From Catajapyx aquilonaris (taxonomy: Eukaryota): 56,202 nt of DNA. This document shows, piece after piece, positions 28,019 through 43,167 of the stretch. Both the position numbers and the translations under genes were made by a program. Below the pieces are notes generated by a model. It was given only the letters and a program-made list of their open reading frames with translations. It had not been told where the DNA came from and made no database searches. The DNA lies in assembly GCA_000934665.2 (NCBI GenBank), contig JYFJ02002519.1, positions 1 through 56,202 of the forward strand, read 5' to 3'. Each line of letters starts with the position of its first letter. Position 1 is the stretch's first letter.

Positions 28019-28033
28019 TCACCACAATGCAGT

Positions 28034-30382
<2,349 letters not shown>

Positions 30383-30453
30383 TATTTCTCCCAAGTTGTA
30401 AAAATGAAAAGAAGGAAGCCTTTGAGTTCTTCAAGTGCACGGAGGTCAGGGCA

Positions 30454-30566
30454 AACTGATAAACCCAGTCGGAGGTTCATGGATTTATAACAGGGCTGGT
30501 TTTGAAGGAGAGGCCAGGAATGGTTGGGTGAAAGGGTGTGTGCTCTATCCCCTAAAACGTGATTGG
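30454..30566 (-). promoter_or_regulatory. HPD core promoter: CCAAT box, TATA box and initiator
   Basis: On the minus strand CCAAT at 30566-30562, TATAAAT at 30489-30483 and arthropod-type Inr TCAGTT with its A at 30457, 32 nt after the TATA start. Confidence 0.75.
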
Positions 30567-31342
30567 CCAAATATCTCTCTCCTTATGCTGCTGTGATTTC
30601 ATTCTGTCGCAGATCCGGAAAGTGACATCAGATGCTTCATGTCACAAGTAGAGCATGTGGAAATCAATTACCCAAAGTTGTGAAACTGGACACAACTCAA
30701 GTTTAATTCTATTCTCAGTTACAGTTGTAATTATGTACATATAAAATTATTGAAACAATAAAATGCTGGCGATAATTTTCTTGCGATAACAAGCACACTT
30801 AAAAGGTAACATGTCAGTTTGATTATGAGGTAAAGGCAAAAAACACGAAGCCCAAGGACCCTTCTTAACACAACTTGGCACAATTTCGCCGTAACCATTT
30901 TCAGCAGCACTCTCTCTCCATCAACAAATAAAATGTGTTATGTTTCAAAATGCAAACTTATTTAGTTCATTCTCTAATGCCATTGATTTTGATATCGTAA
31001 AAGAATTCTCATCACTCAATTATATAAACCTAAAGCTGCTAAGAATCAAGCTCAACTTCAGCCATAAACCCTAACTCTATCTTGCAATTTTTGCTACAAA
31101 CACCTTGTAATTTTCCTGTACAAAATATCAGCCACAATAAAATAAAAATATCTCTTGATTTTTCTGGAGCAGCCTCATGATGCTACCATACCTCACTTAT
31201 TAATATCAATATAATGCTAATGATGAAGAATATGTACAGTATTTCCCATGCACCTTGACATGAATACAAGTAAAATGCTTTGGTTTTGAAAATCCTCCAT
31301 GGAACAAAGGGAGGAGAAAATTAGTTGACCATTTACATGTAG

Positions 31343-34300
31343 TTACTCTGGCATGTCCTGAAAAAATAAATAAAACACATTTGAAATGTCCTACCATCAC
31401 TGCCAACTTGCTAACATACTCACCGACGCTTCCCATCCTTCGCTCTCTCCTCCCAGCCTGTAGTGCTGCTTTCGAAGTGCAGACAAACGGAAGCGTTCTT
31501 TGTTGAGAGATGATTCGAGCTCCAGCACCTTCACCTGGCTTTCCATCTCGTAACGCTTGGCCTGATGAAGTGACAGCTTTGAGAAGTCCATCACATCTGA
31601 AAATGTACGCTTCATGTTACACTGACATGGCTGAGATTCAATCAAACTTCTTTAACTAGTCAGAAGAATTCAGGAAGTCCGACAAAGGGAGATGTTAATG
31701 TCCTTCTCTTACCTCCTTCATCCACCATTTCACTGCATGACTTTGCAGTGGCAACAACGTTCCCAGTGGCCTGTGTCACACCCTTAGAGGCCTGTGACAG
31801 CTCAGCCAGCTTCACACTGCCCTGGTCTGCTTTCACTCTGCTAGACACAACCAGCTGAGCAGTGCTGGCAGCAATCTCCTGGGAAGCCACCATCAGTTCC
31901 TCAAACTTGGCCCTTCCTTTTACTACCTTGTCCGCTGCATCCCTGAGAAAAACATGACAATTTAGACCTTCATGTTTTACTATTTGGTTCCATGCTGGAC
32001 TCAGCCTTCACTCTAGTGGAGTCACAAGCGTAATGATGGATATGGATATGGGAAGGCACTCCAAGCAGCTCTAAAACTGTGTCTGTCTCCGCCCCAATTG
32101 AAAGGGTTCTATTGTATGATCATATATGTGGGTTGTTTCATGAGTCATTGCGTGTATTTTTTAATTCTAAAATGGTTTTGAAACTCAGTCGATTACAATT
32201 TGATCTGATATATAGATGTCGCGATATAGATGTCGCCCATATCGCGAGGGGGGCAGGGAAACAAAGGGGGGGCCATGAACCCCCCCCCCCCCCCCCCACT
32301 GCACCATCGCCCTAAGACGGCCCGAGCCTGATGCACTTGGGAGCTGTTGAACGTTACATGCAGGACACTCGGAGATGGACAACACGGGAGCTTGCTTTCG
32401 AGTGTGGGACAAGTCAGAGAACTATGACCGGAGCCATGACTGTGTCATCCATCGCCACACACTGTTTAAAAAAAACCATCGCCCTCACTGCAATCAAGTT
32501 CCAAGCAAGGGCAATCTCAAAGAGATGGTGAGGAACTGCTGAGGATACCAACTTCCTGAGAACTTTATCTTTCCGAGTCCTATGAGTAAGTGCTCTGACT
32601 TGTCAGCCACTCGAAAGCAAGCTCCAGTGTTGTCCATATACGAGTGTCCTATGTTCAACAGCTTCAAGCGCGTCAGGCTCGGGCCGTGTTAGGGCGATGG
32701 TGCAGTGGGGGGGGTCATGACCTCCCTTTGTTTTCCCACCCCCCTCGCGATATGGGTGACATCTATATATCAGATCAAATTGTAATCGCCGGAGCTTCAA
32801 ACTCAGCAAAGGTCATATCTGTATGTGTTACCATTTTAGAATTTAAAAATAAGCACAATGAATTATGAAACAAACCACGTACATTAAGGTCATGGTGTTT
32901 AATACTGCACTTGTGTGTTCAGACACAGACATCGCCTCATTTTCACTCGACTCTTTGGAGCTCCTGCTAATGTTGCCTCTGCTTTTATGCTCATTATTGT
33001 ATCTCATAAAGCCACCCATCAGAAATATGGTGGCCTTCACTTACACCAAGAAACGTGCCCCAAGTCCAACAGCCTTAGCAGCAGAGAGCAATCCTTCAGT
33101 CCACCTGTGGTTGCGCTTGTAGAATTCCTTTACTGATGCTGTACCTCTGCCCTGAGCCACTACCTCTGCCTGAAGAGCTTTAGCCTTCTGCACTAAAATC
33201 TTAATGGCCATCATCAAATTGGTACATGCGTCTAGGATCTTGGCATTTACTTCCAGCTTGACACCCGTGTCCGCCTCCTTTGACTTCTGGAGCATCTCCT
33301 GCAAGAAAATTATGAAGATGTAATATTTCATGGCTCCAATTTTTGGGGATTACCAGTGAAAAGTGACTCAGTACCTGGATCCTAGCCGCAGCCTCTTCAA
33401 TGGCCTGGTCCATCCCAGTCAGTTCACTCTCCAAATCCCCAACTTGCTCCAGCACATCACCTTTGGCAATCATTTGTTGCACCAGTGACATGACCCTCTC
33501 AATGCTCGACTTGACATTGCCAGCACCAGGAGCCACATCATCCATAGAAGGCTGTGACTTCAAGGAGGTCAGCAGTGAAAGGGTCTCACTCCCAACCACT
33601 TTGCAGGCAACCAACAACTCTGCGTCAAAGAGAGAGTTGATTTATTTATTACTCAAACAGTGTGTTTCCCCTGCAGGACGAGAAAATTCAAAGTGAGACA
33701 ATGTTGATATTTCAACTTCTTTGGAAAAAAACCAATTGCACAAGTCTTAAAAATTTTACAAAATTGCCAGAAAGCCTAGTTTTTCTTCTCATCCACATCC
33801 GATGAAAGAAAAGACCATCATGTGAAGCAACTAACCATCTCCCTTTTCAATGTCAGGTGATGTCTGTGAGGTGGCCTTGCCCTGAAGAAGAAAGGTGGCG
33901 GTTTGATGTGCATGCAAGGAGAGGTCTTTCATCAAGCGATCCAGTCCATCAGGGTTCTTGCAATAACAGTTGTAGTCATTTTCCAGGGTTGTCACAGTTT
34001 GCAGCAGGGGATCAATCAGACCAGACAAGCATTCTGAAAAACATTCAGTTGACCACTTGCACTTACAACAATATTTAAAACATGCTGATGTGCAAACATA
34101 CCTGGGGTACACTTGTTTCCAGAAGTGGAAGGACAGTCAAGGTCTTCCACAGATGATTGTACAATGGCTGAAGCTTCCTGAACTCCCGCTTCTGTAATGA
34201 AAGTGAATAGAATTCACTGTCAGTCATGAGGTTCACTCAGTCTCCATTTTAGCATATGACACCATACCAAAAAGCCTTCTGAGCATCTCAAGCATTGCAT

Positions 34301-37300
34301 CTTGTAATCTCTTCTCTGTCAGTTCCACAAGATTTTTGGTGTCTTGCAACTTGTTGTTCAGATCTTGATTATCAACCTCAGATGACCTCAGCTTTGCCTC
34401 AAGCTCTTCATTCTTGCTATTCAGAGCCTGCAGCTCCCCTTCCATTTTCTAAAATGATATTTTCAAAGTCAGGTTCCAGTCCACATTCATTGCCTTTGAT
34501 ATAGTGCCATACCAATTTCTGATCAACAGCCAATTCCCTCGCAGCAATCAGCTGTTGAATCCGATTGTCCTTGTCATTAGCTGACTGCTGTAAGGCTTCC
34601 TGAGCAATTCGGCGATCCTCAGATATTACCTGAAGTTTCCCTTCTAATTCCATATTTATGCGTTGCTTCTCCTGTGCCGTCTCTTTAGACATGGCGCACT
34701 GCTTGTCCACTTCAGCTTTCTATTGAGAGGCCCTCATGTCATAATTCAGCCATTAGTATCAAAGCTACACACCAACCTTTCTGAGCAACTGGATGTGCTC
34801 CTCCCTCAGTGACTGGTATATATTCTTCATCTTCTGGAATTTCTCTTCCCTGCCTCTGCCCTGCCCTAAAACACATCAGACAGTTATGGTTAGTTTACTG
34901 CCACTGACAGTGCAGCAATTAATTTTGCATACTTTCCAACTCCTCGACTTTCACTGCCAGTGAGGCCTGACGACTTTGCTCCTGAACCTGGCGTGACAGT
35001 TCCTCCTTGGATCTCCTCTCTTGCATCAGTTCATTTAGCTATAGTTAGAAAAATACATCAGTGCATGAGATAGCCGAAGCCAACTCTGTCAGTTAGACAC
35101 AATGAATCAAGGTTAAGTTTCTCACAGCTTCAGTGAGTCGCCTCTCCAAATCATGTATCCTCTCCTGCTGTCGCCTAATCTCCCGTTGGCTCTCTGCTCG
35201 CAACCGTGCCATCTCTGCCTTCAACAGATCTATCTCCCGCAGTAGTTGGTCAATGATCCTGTCCCTTGAAATATATTCCAATTTGTTAGTGGTACAAACA
35301 CAGTACAAATCAACTCAGATGATTTCAAAATACCAAAATGGAGGTACATACTTTTCCATGGCAATATCAGGAGACATAGATCCATTGGTCGTACCCAGAT
35401 CCACGAGGTCAGAAACTGAATCCTCAAACCTGCCGTCATCCCCTATATCCCCAGCTTCAGATTCCTCTTCTGGAGGAAGCCTAACAACTGGGGTCACATG
35501 GCTGTTGATCTCTGTTGCTATCAAAAAGTTTGGAGGATTCTGCAAAAGAAATGAATTATCACTTTTTAAAATCATTTACATTATGATATCAAGAAACAGA
35601 AATGCCAAGATACAGTAAAATTCAATGTGTCCTTATGTTGTTTAATTCTCACTGTTTATGATCACAACATATCATAAATGGAGTACAAAAATCAATTTTT
35701 TATCTAAGTTTTAAATAAGTGTGACCATTGTAACTCCACTGCAAAATAGCAAGTAAAATATTAATGCTGCATTAGCAGACAATAGTTTTTGATACTCCCT
35801 CTCCTTTGCATTGTATGGAATGATACCATGTACGATGCAAACCATACAGTATATTTGGATCACATATGGATCAACAAAAATGGTTAAAAATTAATGGACA
35901 TGTCTTCTTTCATCTCCTGAAATTGATCACGCAGTCCATCAAACGTATAGACAGAGTGTAGCATGTGCCCTGTACCCTCACAAGCAGTACCAATATGGGC
36001 ATGGGTGGATTCATTTGCAAGAACAAGTTGATCCATGAATACTTCCACCCACACCCTCATGTATCGCTACTTGTGGGGGTACAAGACAATTTTTTCCAGT
36101 AGTAGGTATGTGCAGTATGCCTCAAAAAGATCACCCTCTACCAACCAGTGATGGTGCTAGTCACTGTTCATCACTACATGTCATCCCTTTCTGATCCTCT
36201 GACCTCTCCTCCCCCTCTGCCATGTCCTATTGACAGATAACATTACAATCTTTCAAGTAAAAAATAAACAGATCTCCAAAAAACAAGAGCATCTATAAAA
36301 TGGATAACGAGCCTATATGGACCCCAACCCACCCATAAGGTGGAATGAGGGTCCCCTTGATAGGAGACAAGAAACTCTCCTGACCCCCTCACCTGTCACC
36401 TTGCAAGGTCTGGACATCCAGCACTGCATGGGGGAAAAGGTACTATGCGAAGCATTTTACAGGCAACAAAATTAAGTCGAAGAGCATAATATGCAAACAC
36501 ACTACAGGGTGTATCAGAATTCGGTACCCATTTTCATTTCCGAATAACTTTCTGAGTACACCTACGGAAATAAAACATGAGTCAAAATATGCGGGAATTC
36601 ATGGGATTTGATCTGGGTAACACCTTGTTCCTGTGGCACTGCTAGCGAGCGCAGGTTGACACTTCTTGCCATGGTAGCGCTGCTAGCGGGGGCAGCTTTG
36701 AAGAAAACGTCGAACCACCTGTCTGTGTGTCTGTGACATAAGAATGGGGTAAGAGTGATCGGGGGCTGGCCTGTGATATCACAGACAGGTGGTCCGACAT
36801 TTTGCTCCCGCTAGCAGCGCCACCACTGCAAAAAGTGTCAGTCTAGGCCCACTAACAGTGCCACCACAAAAGAAGTGTCAAGCTGCACTTGCTAGCAGTG
36901 CCACAGTGTAAAAAGTGTTACCCAGATCAAATCCCATGAATTCCCCCACATTTTGACTCATGTTTCTCTTCTGTAGGTGTACTCGGAAAGTTATTCAGAA
37001 ATAAAAATAGGTACAGACTTCTGATACACCCTGTATGTCAAAATTGCATACAGGTCTTAACATATTCCTGCCTACATCTGTACACCCCCCCNCCCCCCCC
37101 CTCCCTGCTACGTACATATCACAGGTTTCAAAACTCTGGTCTGAACCTTACAAGTGGCACAGAAAGGACAGTCCAACATTAAATATGTTTGTGTTTCACC
37201 AACTAAATGTCCCTAGAAATATCCCAACATTATTAATGATGCACACTGCAATTTAACTGACACTTCCTTCATATTAAAAGCAACTGCAAGCAAAATGTAT

Positions 37301-40300
37301 TTCAACAATTTATACCTCTTGAGTCACAGCCTATTAAAACAGCTTGTTCTTAGCAAACTTCCAAAATCTAAAACTTTAACACATTATTCCATAATCCAGG
37401 ACATACCTCAGGAAGAAGGGGGACATGTATAAGATGCTTAAAATACTGAAGAGTGCTGGAATTCAGATAGAATTGGCGAAGAACTTTGAACTCTTTCAGG
37501 AATCGTTCTCGGTGGCCTGCCAGTGTATCTGCTGGAAGACCTGCCACAAAAATTTGTACATAATATTGTGTATAAACAATGCTATAGCAATGCTAATACT
37601 TACTTGCATGCAGCTTAAACAGAATTTTCACACAGTAATCATACAGGAAAGATGAATCCTGGATGCAAGGAATGAGTGGTGCCAAGCGGCACTGGCCTGC
37701 ACTGGTCATAGAATTTGCTCGAGACATGTCCAATGAGCCAAACACTAATGGGAAAAAGTACCAACATTTACCAACAGGAAATTTCACTGATGGAATAATA
37801 AGAAATTGCCTGTATAAATATTACCTGCAGCTTGCAAGGCTAATATTTCATCCATGTAATCAAACATTTCCACAGACATCTGGAAGCTAAATACAATTCA
37901 TTAGTACATGGAATTTTCCTAACTAGTAGAACAAAAATATCATACTACATACTGAATATTGATATCATTTTCCCCAATGTTATCCAGTTCCTCATCAGTC
38001 ACCTTCAGATTCCCAGGAAATCTTGGATTTCGGCGATGAAAATTCAGCTTTGTTACTAGCAGACTACTGTAATGCTGGATTAACTTCCCATAACCCTCCT
38101 TCAAATGACCCTGAAAGATGCAATACACCATTAAGATCTCTTGAACGAGAACATAACACGAGAAGTTCGCAAAATAAAAATCAGAATAACAAAAGCACAT
38201 GATAGTGCAAGACAATAGCTGCCACTCACCCACATTCTACCAAGGTCCTCAATCATCTTGCGATACCTTTGCGAATCCAAAATGATATGCAGATGTCCTT
38301 CCCGGAGAACCTTATGCAACACATGACAGAACTTCCAGGCCACAATGGGGTTGCCTTGCAGTGGAAGTTTGGTGACACACGACCAAAACGTCGTTCCCCC
38401 TTTCTCTTGGAAGGTTCCCATGATTGCAACTTTAATTGCGGTTAAGGAAATTGTGCAATAAATATACCATTAGCTACTTCCCATCGAAAGCTCTCTGCTC
38501 TATTACAGTGATACCTATCTACAATAGATTTGCACCATTCCGAGGTGGTGAAAGCTGCAATAGTTTCCTTTATGTGTGACAAAAATTCATTGAAAAGCAT
38601 ACACCAGGACCCAGCACAGCTTATGCTACTATCATGGATCCATTATTATTATTATTATTATTATTTTATTTTTTTATTTTTATTTTTTTTATTTATTATT
38701 ATTATTATTGGCTAGAAATGTTCAACCGGAATGTTACATATTATAACATTTGGCAGGACCTATTTTTCCATGCCTTGCAGTTTAAGCTTTTAATTTGTCA
38801 TATACACCCCCCATATCCGCCATGAAAAGGTTACTTCGAACATGCTTCTCCTTGACTGGATTCTCCTGCTGATTGATCGCCTTCCCAACGCTGACAGCCT
38901 GCAATGAGAACAGTAGGGAGCCATTAAATATTTACAACTCGCACAACAGTGCAACACCCTGCAGTGAGAAAATCCCCCCCACTTCCGCTAACGCCCCACG
39001 CGTGCCCACCAAGCACCTGACCACATCAATATTACATCCGGTCCTCCACCTGTAAAAGACACGCGCAAAATTCCTTTTTACTACGACAATAATAGACCAC
39101 CGGTTGACGTTATTCTTCGGTGCAAACACCCCATGAAAGTCTCCGCCCTAGAAAGCGAAACCTGTTCAATTGCCCACGACATTTGGCGCAAGGACATTTC
39201 TTTCTCTCATTCCTCAAGGTCGATTCATCCTGACCTGCGGTTTTCCCCATTGAGCCTCGTCACGTGCCACGCATTTCTCGGCATTTATGTGCAAAAGTGG
39301 GGGGGGGGGGGGGGGGGNGGGGGGGGTGAATGTTCTCTACATGCCATTAGACTTATTGCCACCTTCCGCCCCCACACATTCATTAATGCCCTCCACTACT
39401 TTGAAAAGCGCATTTATCCAAAAAAAAAAGAAGGCTGGGTCATCGACCCCCGGTTCACTATGCCAGAAACTCGGGCTTGTTGTGATCCGGCTGAGCTGCA
39501 AGGTATGACCTTTTGTTGCACCGGGGCCAAGAAAAGTACCGGTTACGTAAACTGTGACAACATGTAAACCGGAAAAGGTGTTTCATACACCCACATTTTC
39601 CGACACTCTTCCGGATACAAAATACAATATTTGCACATATACGCCTTTTTAAAAAAAAATACTGGCAGCTGCCTTGTTGTTTTGCCATATGGTCATGGTA
39701 TCAATAGTGGGACACCATACACTGCACACAGTTGATATGAGCTTATTCACTACCCTGTTCTTCTCAGGGCTCAAGTAACAAGCATCCGGCATTTGTAACC
39801 CCACAAAACGGGCCTCATATATATATAAAAAAAATTGCTGTCCTGTGTTTCAAGGGCAAACTAACTCTACATTAAATGTGCTAGAGCGCACAATGTCATC
39901 CGCATTCTGCGGCATAATTTTGTGCCTGGACTCTCACAAATTGACCAAAATAATGTGCTCCAATTTACCAGACGCGTTTTTCCAACATTTTCACCACAAA
40001 CTGGTCATACCATCTTTTCATGGTCACATTTCATCCTAGAACCCCCTCCAACCCACCCCCCCTTTTTTTTATCAGAGTTTAATGAGAAAGGAAACATGTG
40101 GCACAACAGCTGCAGGTCTATGGCGTAACTGAATCACGTTGTGCTTGCTGGCAACTTCTACGAATTAGACCATTACAGCATACCATTAATGACTAACATT
40201 TTCAAGTTTTGTGGCATAAAATTCAAAATTATTAACTCTACACTGCAGGTAGTCTAGCAGCCAACAGGTGGTTCACTTCCTTCCAGGAAAGACCTAAGGA

Positions 40301-42189
40301 TGTGAGAGGTGATATTTGCTTAAAATATATGCAAAAGTGAAATATTAGTCACCACCTTTCACTGCAACTATGATTATTTTGACAATAGTCATTATGAACT
40401 GTTGTTTATTTACAGTATGGCTATGATAAAAACAGATCATTGAAAAACTGCACTTCAGATGTTCATAGGTTCGTTTTACACCATTTTTTTATCGGATTTG
40501 CCAGGGTCAAGTAGAGCACACTTGATAAAAGGCATCATGTGATATGAAAACACAAGGCAAAAGTTGCAGAAAGTCACCTTTCCATTGCAAAAGCAATTAT
40601 AAAACGCCCCTGTTGTCATTGTCTACAATCAAGCGAATGAGGTTGTTGCTTCCATTTACGTACTCTACAAAATACACTGGTGCAATTAGACTATGCCCAG
40701 CAGAACAATAGTAGTTTACATCAAGAAATTTCTGCTCCATAAACTGAGCCATTTCCAAGGTATGATTTATATAGGGTCAGTCATGCTTGTAGCTAGAGCA
40801 ATGTCTATTAGCCTTATACACCTGGCAACATGTGCGGGAAGCAGAACAGGATGGCTGTAGGAGGGGAGGAGAAAAAGTGCTAATAGATTCCTCCAAAGTA
40901 AACCCTGCATCTCATTTGACAGTGACCTTTTCACAGCCAGGGCACACTTTAATTTCCTGACATTGGATTCTGGCCCAACACAAGCCCAACTCATCTTTTC
41001 CACCCACTAATCTTTCCATCCCAAATGCCCTCCACCAATCTAGTGTGATGGCACGAAAAGGATGTGAATCCCCCCCTCGCTCCTAACCAACCCTACTCAC
41101 CCCCCACCTCAGTAATTGAACTTGGGGAGCAGGGCCATGGGCAAAACTGCAGACATGCTTTATACTATCTCATGAATCCCCATTATTGCACATTATTAAG
41201 GATGTGCACAGGAAGTATTTTACAGCCAGCCAGAAAAAATCAAAATGTATTTAGGGCCGGTTTCACCGAGCTCGGTATATGATAAAACCACGTTTCTTTA
41301 GGAAAATCCATACAAATAGGTATGGATTTTCCGAAAGAAGCCTGGTTTTATCATATACCAAGCTCGGTGAAACCGGCCCTTAGTCACATCTCATGCACAC
41401 AATGTCAAATATATTATTCATTTCACTGAACATGACTGTTGCATCACCTACTTCTCAATAACTCTTTTCTCTCCACTAAACTATTAAACAACAAAAAAAC
41501 ACACCATGCAAGGCCATACATGATTTTCTCTTTTTTTGTGTGTCTAGAAAGATGTAATGTGAGCCTATAAATTACATGACTTGAGCAAATGTTAGCTTTT
41601 GACCTTCCAAGAGTTTGACTTCCTCTAAAAGCCTGTCATAACAATATTTTTCCCAGATTAAAAATAATGTATTATTATTATTATTATTATTTTTTGCATC
41701 AACCAGTTTGCATCAACCAGTTTAGCAAGATGTGACAATCAAGATCATCGATACCTAGCATTGCCTATCTCAAGCCAGGAATTACTTAGTTAAGTAATCC
41801 CTGCTCAAGCCAACACTGTGTGCAGGCTGTACGTTGAGTAAAGGGTATTTCAAGTGCCAATAATGTCTAATGACACACCATGATCAGTAATGTAATTTCA
41901 TTAATATTTTTTTAATAATCAAAGGATGGGGGCAATCCAACCAATATTTCGCAAATTGCAGAAACCACCTCGGGCCAACATTTCCCGTGGATCAAATGCT
42001 CCGTAACTTTCTGACAGGTGTCGGTCAGGTGGGCATATGCCAGGTGTCCACCAGTCCTAGCATACACGACCCTCGACCCAACGATTGGTGTTCAATTGCC
42101 TTTACCTGTCCCCTCTCGAAGTTCTCCTTCTCCTGCTCCAGACTGGTCCGCCTGGGCTGCAGCACCTTGGGCAATGAAATCGACGCCAT
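31343..42189 (-). CDS. HIP1: Huntingtin-interacting protein 1 / HIP1R / Sla2 family (ANTH, coiled coil, talin-like I/LWEQ), 985 aa, 20 coding exons
   Basis: Exons 42189-42106, 38898-38835, 38429-38230, 38110-37953, 37886-37825, 37744-37604, 37540-37407, 35539-35352, 35264-35126, 35038-34933, 34865-34777, 34719-34513, 34448-34268, 34191-34102, 34033-33836, 33619-33375, 33298-33045, 31942-31713, 31596-31424, 31357-31343; 2958 nt. Motifs KAINQQENPVKEKHVR, WKFCHVLHKVLREGH, GQCRLAPLI, NPPNFL, FYKRNHRWTEGLLSAAKAV, EIAASTAQLV, LRKQHY. Confidence 0.93.
32124..32881. mobile_element. Large degenerate foldback element in a HIP1 intron
   Basis: About 290-bp diverged inverted arms (e.g. CGATTACAATTTGATCTGATATATAGATGTC near 32190 vs GACATCTATATATCAGATCAAATTGTAATCG near 32758) around a ~170-bp spacer. 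Termini and TSD not resolved. Confidence 0.8.
36505..37033. mobile_element. Tc1/mariner-type foldback MITE, 529 bp, TA TSD
   Basis: TA|CAGGGTGTATCAGAA ... TTCTGATACACCCTG|TA. Inverted arms extend over most of the element, with internal GCTAGCAG(C/T)GCCAC subrepeats. Confidence 0.9.
38430..38834 (-). other. Probable U12-type (minor spliceosome) intron, HIP1 intron 2
   Basis: 5' site GTAACCTTTT, branch TTCCTTAAC at 38449-38441, AAG acceptor about 12 nt downstream, no polypyrimidine tract. Confidence 0.8.
38642..38709. repeat. (ATT)n / T-rich microsatellite
   Basis: Interrupted ATT repeats inside HIP1 intron 2. Confidence 0.85.
41254..41379. mobile_element. PIF/Harbinger (Tourist-like) hairpin MITE, 126 bp, TTA TSD
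   Basis: TTA|GGGCCGGTTTCACCGAGCT ... AGCTCGGTGAAACCGGCCC|TTA; two ~60-bp arms with a 6-nt loop. Confidence 0.9.
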
Positions 42190-42923
42190 CTCTTCCGTAC
42201 CACTCCCGCGAACACACCCCCGCCTTGGCCCCACTCGGGTTCACCGAACGCGATCGAGAGACCGTCACTCCGACTGAATCCCCCACGACTCACCAGGTCT
42301 GCTGCATCTCACCGGCGGGCAGGAAGGAAGGAAGGAAGGTGCCGGGCGGGGAAGGGGAAGCAGACGGGCCGACAACTCCAGCAACGGGACAAGCAACCTC
42401 CCGCATTCGAAGCGCTATCACTACTGAACGAACGATAGTTGCAACATGGCGGATTGGGGAACACCCTCCGTTCCTTGTTCAAGAAGAAGGAACGGACCAG
42501 ATCGAAACAGGGTTGCCAACACACTTCGCTTCACACTGCGGTGCTCGCACACAAGTGAGACGAACATTGGCACCTGGATATCGGTTCCTAATGTCATTCC
42601 CGCAATGCAACTGTAGGAAATATTCAAGAATAAATACAGTACCGTACAGGAGCTGCAACCACACTACTGTATAAAACAAACAGGTCATTCATAAAACGAG
42701 TAACATGGTTTATTATCAATTTTACTATACATTTCGGTATCAGAATGTTATATTAATTTCGATTTATAATCTGGGATATACATTTTGTTTGCAATAAAAT
42801 TGCTGAGGAAAGCATTCTCATTACCAAAGGCACCTTCATTGAAAAATTTATCTAAATGGTACTTGTTATTATCGGCAAGGCTATAATAAAGGATTTGCCT
42901 CGTCATTCACTGGTATTAAGATA

Positions 42924-43167
42924 CAGGCGTCTAATATGGTCACACTCACAGAATTATGTGATGACTTTTTATATAGGGACAGGTAAGAGGATTTACATGG
43001 TCTAAAATTCTCTCAATTTGGAAATGGTCACACAATCTGACATATTCATTTTTTTTGATGATTTGCATGATGCATTCCACATACAATCATTTTTTTTTTA
43101 AACTTGCGGATTCCTATGGCAAAAACTCATCACATGGCTTAAGTAGTGCCTATATTAAGATACCCTG
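42924..43167. mobile_element. Degenerate TA-flanked MITE
   Basis: TA|CAGGCGTCTAATATGG..ATGTGATGACTTTTT vs AAAAACTCATCACAT..CCTATATTAAGATACCCTG|TA; arms heavily diverged. Confidence 0.5.

Noticed and set aside
42018..42674. 218-aa plus-strand ORF, and a short ORF from CAACATGGCG near 42446
   Set aside because: Overlaps the GC-rich HIP1 first exon and promoter in antisense; the motif is better explained as a YY1-type site.
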